DNA from: Candidatus Bathyarchaeota archaeon
GTDB lineage: Archaea > Thermoproteota > Bathyarchaeia > TCS64
Direction of reading: 5' to 3'
NCBI GenBank assembly: GCA_963769425.1
Contig: CAVYLP010000001.1
Location: 224,001-288,000, forward strand
DNA: 64,000 nucleotides
A program made the position numbers and the translations under genes. The notes beneath the pieces are model-generated. The model saw only the letters and a program-made list of their open reading frames with translations, did not search any database and was not told the DNA's origin. Positions 10,283 to 18,144 of this stretch are shown here, one piece after another; within the stretch, counting starts at the first letter, position 1; each line of letters begins with the position of its first letter.

Positions 10283-10534
10283 CTACATCTTTTCGAGGTA
10301 GGCAACGTTGTTGACGACTGAAACCTCAATCTTGGCGTTCAGGTCTCGGGCGTCGATTCTCTTCTTTAGCTGAGTCCTCAGGTAGTTTGCATCCTTACCT
10401 GATACCTCAACCTTCACTAGGCTGGACTTTCCACCGACGAACTTGTCGATGATGGGGTCATATTTGCTGCCCTTTCTGTACTTTCTAGAGGGCTTCTTCT
10501 CGACGTCTACCAATTTGAATGGTACATCGCTCAT
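10283..10534 (-). CDS. Small basic hypothetical protein, possible nucleic-acid binder
   Basis: 83 aa Lys/Arg-rich ORF (KKPSRKYRKGSKYDPIIDKF...YLRTQLKKRI); TATA-like tract upstream at about 10557-10580. Confidence 0.75.
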   Translation of the reverse strand: MSDVPFKLVDVEKKPSRKYRKGSKYDPIIDKFVGGKSSLVKVEVSGKDANYLRTQLKKRIDARDLNAKIEVSVVNNVAYLEKM

Positions 10535-10910
10535 TTTTTCCACCTGTACCAGAAGTGTTTAAATGAGTTATTAAATTTATTGCACATATTGGATCTTCTA
10601 AATTATCAACAAGATTTGTGACATTTTAGGAATGTAAGTTGAGGTAACTTAATGGAATTCAGGTTAATGCTTATATTAGGCACACCTGACGGGTTATCTC
10701 TTTGAAGGTTTTTACTCCGAGTTGAAGTTATTTCAGAGTTATGTATTCGTCAGGTGTTTGAGCTTGATCGATGTTGTCGGGTCCGCAGATCACTGGGGGT
10801 ATCCCCGCCGTGAGGTGCGCCCTGAGGGCTGCTTGTGGAGTATCTTGGCTAGGAGGTGGACAACCTCGCTCGAATGGAATGTAAAAATGATCCGATTCGG
10901 TAGAGGTTTT

Positions 10911-10989
10911 TGGTGCTCCCGCCGGGATTTGAACCCGGGATCCCTGACTCGAAAGGCCAGTATGCTTGTCCGGTCTACACCACGGGAGC
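10911..10989 (-). tRNA. tRNA-Glu(TTC)
   Basis: Reverse complement GCTCCCGTGGTGTAG...CTGGC-CT-TTC-GA-GTCAG...GGTTCAAATCC...GGGAGC-ACCA; no intron, CCA encoded. Confidence 0.97.
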
Positions 10990-11013
10990 GTGCTGAGATG
11001 TTAGGCTTCGACC

Positions 11014-11060
11014 CGTTTATAATCGTTGCTCAGACTCTGGTCGGTAGTGTTTTTATATTC
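11014..11060. promoter_or_regulatory. Divergent TATA boxes for the two tRNA genes
   Basis: TTTATAAT at about 11016-11023 (about 27 nt before tRNA-Glu on -) and TTTTATAT at about 11051-11058 (about 27 nt before tRNA-Ile2 on +). Confidence 0.65.
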
Positions 11061-11084
11061 TTCGTGGGGGTTTACCTGATGCGT

Positions 11085-11162
11085 GGGCCCGTAGCTCAGT
11101 TTGGCTAGAGCACCCGGCTCATAACCGGGTGGTCATGGGTTCAAGTCCCTTCGGGCCCACCA
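11085..11162 (+). tRNA. tRNA with CAT anticodon, most likely tRNA-Ile2 (agmatidine-modified)
   Basis: GGGCCCGTAGCTCAG...CCCGG-CT-CAT-AA-CCGGG...GGTTCAAGTCC...GGGCCC-ACCA. The GGGCCC acceptor stem is typical of archaeal Ile2 rather than initiator or elongator Met. Confidence 0.9.
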
Positions 11163-11371
11163 TGTTATTTTGGTGGAAAGCGTTGTATAGATTTTAACGA
11201 AAAATTGAAGTTTTTTATGAGAAAAACCTGTCACTCTGAACGTCACTCGTTCTGCGACAAACAGGTGATACTTGGGCAGTTAAGACCAAGAACGTTCTAC
11301 GAGTTCATCCAGGTTAATATATCTTCATCCCAACAAATATAAATATATTTTGTTTTGATATATCGAATTTA

Positions 11372-11515
11372 TTAATTTATATAAGTTAATAAAAAGTTGG
11401 AAAAGTATCTTCGCCTCACCTCACGAACAGTTTTAGTGCATCCATGTCCGCTTCCTCCCCTTAGCCAATCTTCGAGCCTCCTCTGCTCAATCGCCGTGAA
11501 TATGCGTGTTTTCAC
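11372..11515 (-). CDS. Small orphan ORF, possibly truncated (47 aa)
   Basis: GTG start: MKTRIFTAIEQRRLEDWLRGGSGHGCTKTVREVRRRYFSNFLLTYIN*; protein-like N-terminal helix, AT-rich tail; below the ORF-track cutoff. Confidence 0.4.
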   Translation of the reverse strand: MKTRIFTAIEQRRLEDWLRGGSGHGCTKTVREVRRRYFSNFLLTYIN

Positions 11516-11534
11516 ATGGATGCCCCCCAAACAC

Positions 11535-11563
11535 CCGGGTAAAAACCGGGTAAAAACAGGGTA
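11535..11563. repeat. 11-bp tandem repeat with phased A-tracts
   Basis: CCGGGTAAAAA CCGGGTAAAAA CAGGGTA. Confidence 0.8.
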
Positions 11564-11576
11564 TCATGGACTCCTT

Positions 11577-11752
11577 TGTTCCCAGTAACATGGTACATGT
11601 TCCTAGTAGCGTGGAACAGATCGTTCCTAGTAGGGTGGAACATGCGGGTCCTTGATTCACGCGTGGTGTTCCGGGTAAGGTGGTACGTGTTCCTGGTAGC
11701 AGGGTACAATTGTTCCTAGCTACATGGAACATGTTCCTTGTAGGACGGTATA
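11577..11752. repeat. Array of 21-bp quasi-palindromic repeats TGTTCC-N9-GG(A/T)ACA
   Basis: Units start at 11577, 11598, 11622, 11667, 11688, 11711 and 11732, plus a degenerate unit at 11646; consensus TGTTCCTAGTAGCRTGGWACA. Confidence 0.9.
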
Positions 11753-11986
11753 TTGGTTTATCCACGTTTTTCATCATTTTACCTTACCCCTTCCAGTCGC
11801 TGCACCAGTAGAGGTAGGCCTTGCTCTGCCCGAGGACTGCGAGGTTCTGAAGGCATTCGATGGACCACATGGCTGATTTTTTTTTACTTATACCTTGCTA
11901 CAGGTACAAGGGAGACTTGGAAACAGTTCCCCTTCTGCACACACTCAAAACTTACATAAAAAATTATTAGCATAATAATCGTAGAT

Positions 11987-12460
11987 TTATAAACCCTGAA
12001 TATAAGCCTGTGCACAGTGGACACAGCAAAATACCTGTTCCTTACCCTCGACCATTTCCTTATGCCCACCTTTGTATACAACACACCCACAGTGGGGACA
12101 GATATCGAGGCTCGGCTCGATAGCGGCAGAGACTATACCATAGAAGCGTTTGAACATGGCGCGAGCATAGATTCGCCCCTCATCGGTAAGGGAGTAGAGT
12201 TTTTTCTCTTTGTTTCCAATCATGTAGCTTTCGACCGATATCAGCCCTTTTCCATTTAACTGTTGGAGGAAAGGGTAAACGGTTCCAGGGCTGATCTTTT
12301 TCCCAACGCGTTCCTTATACTTTCTGAGTATCCCGTAACCGTGCTCGGGGCCCTCGTAGAGGATTGTAAGCATGTAGAATCGGGAGAAGTCCGATACTAT
12401 ACTATAGTCTTCGGCTAACAAGAGCCATTCGACCAAGAAATCTATCGACAGCTGATACAT
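11987..12460 (-). CDS. PadR family regulator with C-terminal Cys-rich (TRASH-like) metal-binding domain
   Basis: ILYEGPEHGYGI...ISPGTVYPFL..L..KGLI...KKLYSLTDEG; CPHCG...FCCVHCA. Confidence 0.88.
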   Translation of the reverse strand: MYQLSIDFLVEWLLLAEDYSIVSDFSRFYMLTILYEGPEHGYGILRKYKERVGKKISPGTVYPFLQQLNGKGLISVESYMIGNKEKKLYSLTDEGRIYARAMFKRFYGIVSAAIEPSLDICPHCGCVVYKGGHKEMVEGKEQVFCCVHCAQAYIQGL

Positions 12461-12575
12461 TTAACATTATCTAATCACCATCAGAAAAAATAGAAAGTAA
12501 ATATAGTAATTACTGGAAAAGAATCTTTTCGGTTCTAAAAAAGTTAAGAAAAAAAGGTCGAATAGGTTAGTGAGT

Positions 12576-13923
12576 TTATGGCCCGATGGGCGTGAATCCG
12601 AGGACGGCTGGGAAGAAGACTGTTCCTTCTCCTTCCTTGATCTCCTCGGCGTCAGGGTTGTACTGCGCCATGATTATACTCACCGAGGCCTTCGTGGCAC
12701 TCGGGTAGAAGCCCCATACATCGTATGATGGACCGATCCTGTCGCCGGTCGCGTCGAGGCGGCAGGAACCTGCTGCACCGAACGTCTGGTCTGCAGTGGG
12801 CTTCTGTAGCGGGACTAGTACAGCACCTGAAGTGCTCTGAGTCTGGTACATCGAGTTCATGAGTACCAGGGCGATGTCGTAGGAGTAAGCCTGATAGGCA
12901 TTGAACTGCTGCTTTGTCGCTGCTGTGTACCTTGTATCTAGGCTGTTGTAGAGGGGGGTAAGCGTCTGCTGAGATAGTAGGCTGTAGAAGCCGATGTGGT
13001 TAGCCTCATCGGGAGCATCATCCATAGCCCTCTGGCTAACTGCCGTGCCATCGCTGCCCCACCAGTGGACGTTGTAGATGTTCGGGTAGCTGCTCACCTG
13101 CTTGAGGATGACGGAGATCTCGCTGAAGGAGAGCATCACTACGCCGACCCTCTGAGTCTCGCCGCCATTAGCTGCAACCGCAGTCTGCTACCTGCTGGTC
13201 AGCGACCGTCAAGTAGTTCGAGAACTCCGTCGCCTCAGCCGCGTACCTGATCTTGTCACCGACGATGTTTCCGCCCTTCGCCGTCCAGGCGGGGACCAGG
13301 AGGTTGATGATGCCGTCACCCCAAGAGTCGCCGCGCTGGAAGAGGACGAGGCTCTTCACGCCGGCCGCCCACATGATGTTCACCATCGCGGGTGCGAGGT
13401 GGCTGTCGGCGGTGCACATGCGGAAGAGGTTGTCGTTAGCGATCGCGAGCGTCGGGGAGGTGGAGGACGAGCTCCACATGAGCATGCCGTTTGAGTTGCA
13501 GTAGCTGAGGGCCGATTCGGCCTCGGCCGACCAGCCTCCACCCTCGAAGACGGTGACTCCTGCTGACTTGAAGCCCTGAACCTTCTCGAGGTGGGTGTTT
13601 GCCTGACCCTGGGCGTCGTCGACAAGGTACGTGAACGTTGTTCCGTAGCCAAGTATCTGGCTATACGCGTTCATGTCGGTGGCGATTATCTGCTCGTGGT
13701 ATGGTTTACCGACCTCTAGGGCCGTAGTGTCTGCGGCTATGTAGCCGATCTTGACCGCTGCATTCTTCAGGGGAATCTCGGGAACAACGGTGGGAACAAC
13801 GGTAGTTAATACCGTTGTGCTGCCATTGCCACCCTGTGGTGCGGCGAAGTATCCGATGCCTCCGCCTACGATCAAGCCAGCGACTAGAAGAACTATTGCT
13901 AGTGTCATTCCTTTATCTGCCAA
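12576..13923 (-). CDS. Branched-chain amino acid (LivK-like) ABC substrate-binding protein, split by a frameshift at about 13185
   Basis: N-terminal TM, SSSSTSPTLAIANDNLFRMC, RGDSWGDG, QAYSYDIA, LDATGDR; the two ORFs 13168-13923 and 12576-13139 join. Confidence 0.85.
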
Positions 13924-14187
13924 GTTTTACACCTTTTTGAATTTTGGTGATGATTCACCGAAAATACATCGGCTCACGATATATTTATCTTTTGACCTAC
14001 TACTCGTTTTAATGATATTAAAGTAATTTTTAACTAAATAAAGAACCTATTAAAAACTTGAGTAAATCATCCACCCTTATGGATGAATTAAAATGGGGTC
14101 CAGGACACCAAAACTTGATGCCGCGTTGTATGTTCACTCGATCAATAGACTTATTCACTATAGTTAAATTGGCTGTCCACCGAAAGA

Positions 14188-14424
14188 TTAAGGGAATTGA
14201 TTCGCTTCGGATGGCGGAACTGAGCCTTTGAGGAGAGTGAATTTGATGGCGCCCCAGAGGACCTCCACGGCCTTTTGACTGTCGACGAGCCACATTTCAC
14301 TTGGTTTCTTGGTGTAGAGGGGAGAGAATATGCGATCCATCGCCTCCTTGGGGATGCCCATACCCGTGTCCTGACTCAGTGTCACTCCGCCCGCCTCCTC
14401 TCCACTGCGCGTATAAAGTTTCAA
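14188..14424 (-). pseudogene. Histidine kinase HATPase_c C-terminal remnant
   Basis: DTGMGIPKEAMDRIFSPLYTKKP (G1/F boxes); G2 box destroyed; no upstream kinase domains. Confidence 0.7.
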
Positions 14425-14489
14425 AGCGTAGGAGCGATTCTATTAAAACTTACAAAAAATCCGGCATTTACTAACATCAACGGCCTGAT

Positions 14490-17138
14490 CTAGAGCGGCG
14501 TCAAAATCTCAAGCAAGTCGCTCTTCGACCAGAACTTCTCCCCCTCAAGCCCTGCGTCGATGACGCCGTCGATGATCCGCCTCTTCCTCTTGATGAGGGC
14601 GTCGATCTTCTCCTCCAGCGTGTTCTCGACGAGTATCTTGTGGATGTAGACTGTACGCGTCTGACCTATGCGGTGGACCCTGTCTGTGGCCTGGTCCTCG
14701 ATGGCGGGGCTGAACCAGTTGTCGACGTGTATGACGTGGTTGGCGGCTGTGAGGTTGATGCCGTGGCCCGAGGCGAGGACGCTGCAGAGCGCCACCGCGT
14801 AGCCGCCGCAGTTGAAGGCGTCGATGAGTCCCTGCCTGTCGCGGGTCTGCCCATCTATCCGGATGTACCTAATTCCAGCGCCCTTGAGGTGCTCCTCCAG
14901 CAGGTTGAGGGTACCAATAAAGTTGGTGAAGACGACACAGCTCTCCCCACCCTCCCATATTTCGCCTATCTTCTCGCAGACTAGATCAAACTTCTCTGAG
15001 CGGCCTAGGATGGGCTCCCAGACACCGTCGATCATGGCTGGATGGTCGCAGAGCTGGCGGAGCTTCATTATGACGGGGAGGACGCTGTCAATGTAACCGA
15101 CGCGCTGCCCGGATCGGATGCGCCCCTCCATCGGGGCCACCTCGGAGTCCTGTATGCGCTGGTAGAGCAGCTTCTGCTCACCCGTGAGGCTGACCCAGTA
15201 CCCCATCTGTATCTTCTCGGGCAGGTCCTTCGCGACCTGCTCCTTCTTCCGACGGAGGATGAACGGGCGTACACGCCTCTTCAACTCCTCGACCTGCGTC
15301 GAGTCCCCTTCGACTATTGGTTTCTCGTACCGCCAAAGGAACTCATGGTACGTACCGAGGTGGTCGCGCATGAGGAAGTCGAAGAGGCTCCAGAGCTCAG
15401 CGGGCCGGTTCTCAATTGGGGTGCCGCTGAGCGCGAGCTTGTGCGCCGCGTTCAGGGTCTTCACCGCTCCCGCCCTCTGTGTGCCTGGGTTCTTTATGCG
15501 GGTCCCCTCGTCGAGGACGACGAAGAACCAGGCGATACACCTGAACTCCTCAATGTCGGCGACGACTGTGTCATAGCTGGAGACGTAGATAACCCGTTTA
15601 CCGTCCGGGGGCTCTAGCCTCCGCCCCTGCCCGTGGTAGACTCTGACGACGGTTGTGCAGGGAAAGACGGCGGCTATCTCCTTCTCCCAGTGGCGCATGA
15701 CGGCGACAGGGCAGATGATGAGGGATGGCTCCGAGGCACCCGCTTCCTCGTATATGTATCTCATTGAGACTAGACTCTGGAGGGTCTTCCCGAGCCCCAT
15801 ATCATCGGCGAGGAGTCCGTGGAGGTTGTGCTCGAATAGCCAGTTGAGCCACTGGATTCCCGAGCGCTGGTAGGGGAAGAGGCCCCGCCCGTGGGACTCC
15901 AGGTGCTCCTCGATCTTCGTGGGAAGATGATACGTGTCATCACCGCGGAAGTCGGTTATCTTGTCGAGGAAATTGTGGTAGTCCTCGGACGCCTTCTTGA
16001 GGCCACCTATCTCCTCTATAAACTCTTCAAGCGACTTGTAGGCGTGTAGGCCGAGGCGGTAGCCCTTCGGCGTCTTCTTGGCGCCGAGTTTCTTGAGACT
16101 TTCTTCGTCACCGCGCCTCTGGACCTCGACCCGCTTGGCCCAGGTATAATCGTCGGTCTTCACGTACTGCCCATCGCCGCTGACGGATAGTCCCGGGGCG
16201 TCTGTGAGGGGGTCGTAGATGACGTTGAAGTCTAGCCACCCCGGCTCCGTGTAGTCGATGACTACTGTGGGGGGGAGGTAGTCCTCGGTTATGTTGATCT
16301 TGCTGGCTCTATCAGTGAGGACAGCGGAGAACTCACTCCTCAGAAGCACGAGGTCCCTGAGGAAGAACTCGGGGATGTCGCGTAGGTCGATTGGCTTCTC
16401 GGCGAGGCTCATCGCCTTCTCTGCGGCCTCGTTGAGGAGGTAGAAGGTGTCGTCGACCTTGAGGTAGCCGTCGAGGTGCTCGACGGCGGAGCTCTCGATC
16501 TTATGCCCGTCGGCATCCGCGAACTGGGGGGCGACCGTGACGCCCAAATCCGGCTTGTAGTCGACCGTGATGCCCATTATCGGGCTACCCGTCCTTACCC
16601 TAATCCCCCTCGACTTCTCTGTCTCGCGGACGCGGAGGAGCCTCCTGAGGGTGAGGAGGATATTGGGGCTAAAGGAGAAAACGAGGTGCCCCCCTTGCAC
16701 ATCCGGCCTGAGGGAGCGGATGCTCGCGAGCACGCTGAGGCTCTCAGGGTTGAGGGTTTTCTTCAGCCCGTTGATTGTGATCGTTCCCCCTGTGGTGTCG
16801 ATCTGGGATACGTCGACGTGCTCCGAAACTCCTGACGCATTGACCTCGATGACGTGGCGGTCCTCATCATCTACGTCCAAGGTGAAGGAGAGGTCAATCC
16901 CTCGGGGTGGAGCAGGCCTCGGGGCAGTAAGCTCAGCCATGAGGCCCCTGATGCTTTGCGACTGCCTCCTTGGCTCCTCGACCACGCCCGCGTTGTCGCA
17001 GGGGGAGAAGCACCTTATCACAGACTCCGATCCTCGTACCCAGTAGAGGTATCTCTTCCTGCATCTTAGGCACCGCTCCGGGTTCCGAGGCACTATGATC
17101 TTGGGGGTTAGCGGCAATCCGCCACTAGACGAGTACAC
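14490..17138 (-). CDS. SNF2/SWI2 family helicase-like ATPase
   Basis: LFPYQRSG, LADDMGLGKT, VLDEG, LSGTPIENR, LRQLCDHP, GINLTAANHVIH, QATDRVHRIGQ; start uncertain. Confidence 0.93.
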   Translation of the reverse strand: MYSSSGGLPLTPKIIVPRNPERCLRCRKRYLYWVRGSESVIRCFSPCDNAGVVEEPRRQSQSIRGLMAELTAPRPAPPRGIDLSFTLDVDDEDRHVIEVNASGVSEHVDVSQIDTTGGTITINGLKKTLNPESLSVLASIRSLRPDVQGGHLVFSFSPNILLTLRRLLRVRETEKSRGIRVRTGSPIMGITVDYKPDLGVTVAPQFADADGHKIESSAVEHLDGYLKVDDTFYLLNEAAEKAMSLAEKPIDLRDIPEFFLRDLVLLRSEFSAVLTDRASKINITEDYLPPTVVIDYTEPGWLDFNVIYDPLTDAPGLSVSGDGQYVKTDDYTWAKRVEVQRRGDEESLKKLGAKKTPKGYRLGLHAYKSLEEFIEEIGGLKKASEDYHNFLDKITDFRGDDTYHLPTKIEEHLESHGRGLFPYQRSGIQWLNWLFEHNLHGLLADDMGLGKTLQSLVSMRYIYEEAGASEPSLIICPVAVMRHWEKEIAAVFPCTTVVRVYHGQGRRLEPPDGKRVIYVSSYDTVVADIEEFRCIAWFFVVLDEGTRIKNPGTQRAGAVKTLNAAHKLALSGTPIENRPAELWSLFDFLMRDHLGTYHEFLWRYEKPIVEGDSTQVEELKRRVRPFILRRKKEQVAKDLPEKIQMGYWVSLTGEQKLLYQRIQDSEVAPMEGRIRSGQRVGYIDSVLPVIMKLRQLCDHPAMIDGVWEPILGRSEKFDLVCEKIGEIWEGGESCVVFTNFIGTLNLLEEHLKGAGIRYIRIDGQTRDRQGLIDAFNCGGYAVALCSVLASGHGINLTAANHVIHVDNWFSPAIEDQATDRVHRIGQTRTVYIHKILVENTLEEKIDALIKRKRRIIDGVIDAGLEGEKFWSKSDLLEILTPL

Positions 17139-17271
17139 CCGGCTAAAAACCGTGCGGAGCCCCCTGAGGGAGAGCCGTCAACTTTTACAGAAAGGCTTTA
17201 AACCGGGCTCCGCATCTCCATGCGTGAATCCCCCGGTTACACGGGGGGCAATGACTCTCAGAGTGTTCAAT

Positions 17272-18120
17272 ATGAGCGAAGAGAAGAAGCCCATCGAGGA
17301 GAAGACGGAAGAGAAGCCAGTCGAGGAGCCGAAGATAGAGGCGCCCGCAGCCGAGGTTAAGACAGAGGAGGCGCCGGCTGAGGCACCCGTCGAGGCTAAG
17401 GAAGAGAAACCCGCTGAGGAGCCCCGCATCGAGGGCGCCGTCAATAAGGGCGACTTCATCCTCATGGAGATGACGGGCAAGGCAGAGGAGACCGGCGAGG
17501 TCTTCGACACCACAAACGAGGAGACAGCCAAGGAGAAGGGCATCCACCGCGAGGGCAACGTCTACGGCCCACGCCTCGTCGTTGTCGGCGAGGGCTGGGT
17601 GCTACGCGGACTCGACGCCCGCTTGCGCGGCACGAAGCCGAACGAGCAGACGGCAATCGAGATTCCGCCAGCCGAGGCATTCGGCGAGCGCGACCCCGCA
17701 CAGGTCCAGCTCATCCCCTTCCGCATACTACGCAGCAAAGGCGTCAACCCGGTACCCGGGGCTGAGCTTGAGATCGATGGCCGACAGGCGGTCATCCGCA
17801 GCGTCGGCGCCGGCCGCGTACAAGTCGACTACAACCACGCGCTCGCGGGGAGGAAGATCATCTACGACGTCAAGGTCACAGAGATCATAACGGAGGAGAA
17901 GGCGAAGGTCAAAGCCCTCATCGGCCGCCGCTTCGTCGGCGTCGACGCCGAGAAGTTCGGCCAGAAGATGGGCAAGAAGAAGATGACCCTCACGGTCCCC
18001 GACGAGATCTTCTTCGGCGAGAACATACAGATCGCCAAGAGGGGCCTCGCCATGGATGTCCTAAAGTTCTTCCCCGAGCTCGAAGACGTCGAGTTCTTGG
18101 AAATCGTTAAGCGCAGCTAA
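17272..18120 (+). CDS. Long-type FKBP peptidyl-prolyl isomerase (SlyD-like) with acidic N-terminal extension
   Basis: GEVFDTT, VVVGEGWVLRGLD, PPAEAFGERDP, VDYNHALAGR. Confidence 0.92.
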   Translation: MSEEKKPIEEKTEEKPVEEPKIEAPAAEVKTEEAPAEAPVEAKEEKPAEEPRIEGAVNKGDFILMEMTGKAEETGEVFDTTNEETAKEKGIHREGNVYGPRLVVVGEGWVLRGLDARLRGTKPNEQTAIEIPPAEAFGERDPAQVQLIPFRILRSKGVNPVPGAELEIDGRQAVIRSVGAGRVQVDYNHALAGRKIIYDVKVTEIITEEKAKVKALIGRRFVGVDAEKFGQKMGKKKMTLTVPDEIFFGENIQIAKRGLAMDVLKFFPELEDVEFLEIVKRS

Positions 18121-18144
18121 ACTCTCTTTTTCATCGGTGACCTC

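Noticed and set aside
10722-11108. 128-aa ORF in the track
   Set aside because: It overlaps tRNA-Glu antisense and the start of tRNA-Ile2; spurious.
11085-11162. tRNA-Met call for the CAT tRNA
   Set aside because: It lacks the initiator A1-U72 pair, and the GGGCCC acceptor stem fits archaeal tRNA-Ile2 better.
11577-11752. CRISPR array or peptide-repeat gene (CSTLLGT repeats) as the explanation for the 21-bp repeats
   Set aside because: There are no unique 30-40 nt spacers and no cas genes. The 2-nt gap at 11709-11710 changes the peptide register, so the repeat is not maintained at protein level.
11784-11870. Short minus-strand ORF MWSIECLQNLAVLGQSKAYLYWCSDWKG
   Set aside because: 28 codons with no recognisable family; it may be a gene remnant but cannot be supported.
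11163-17200. Intact tRNA-integrated mobile element
   Set aside because: No integrase, transposase or duplicated tRNA 3' end (att) was found.
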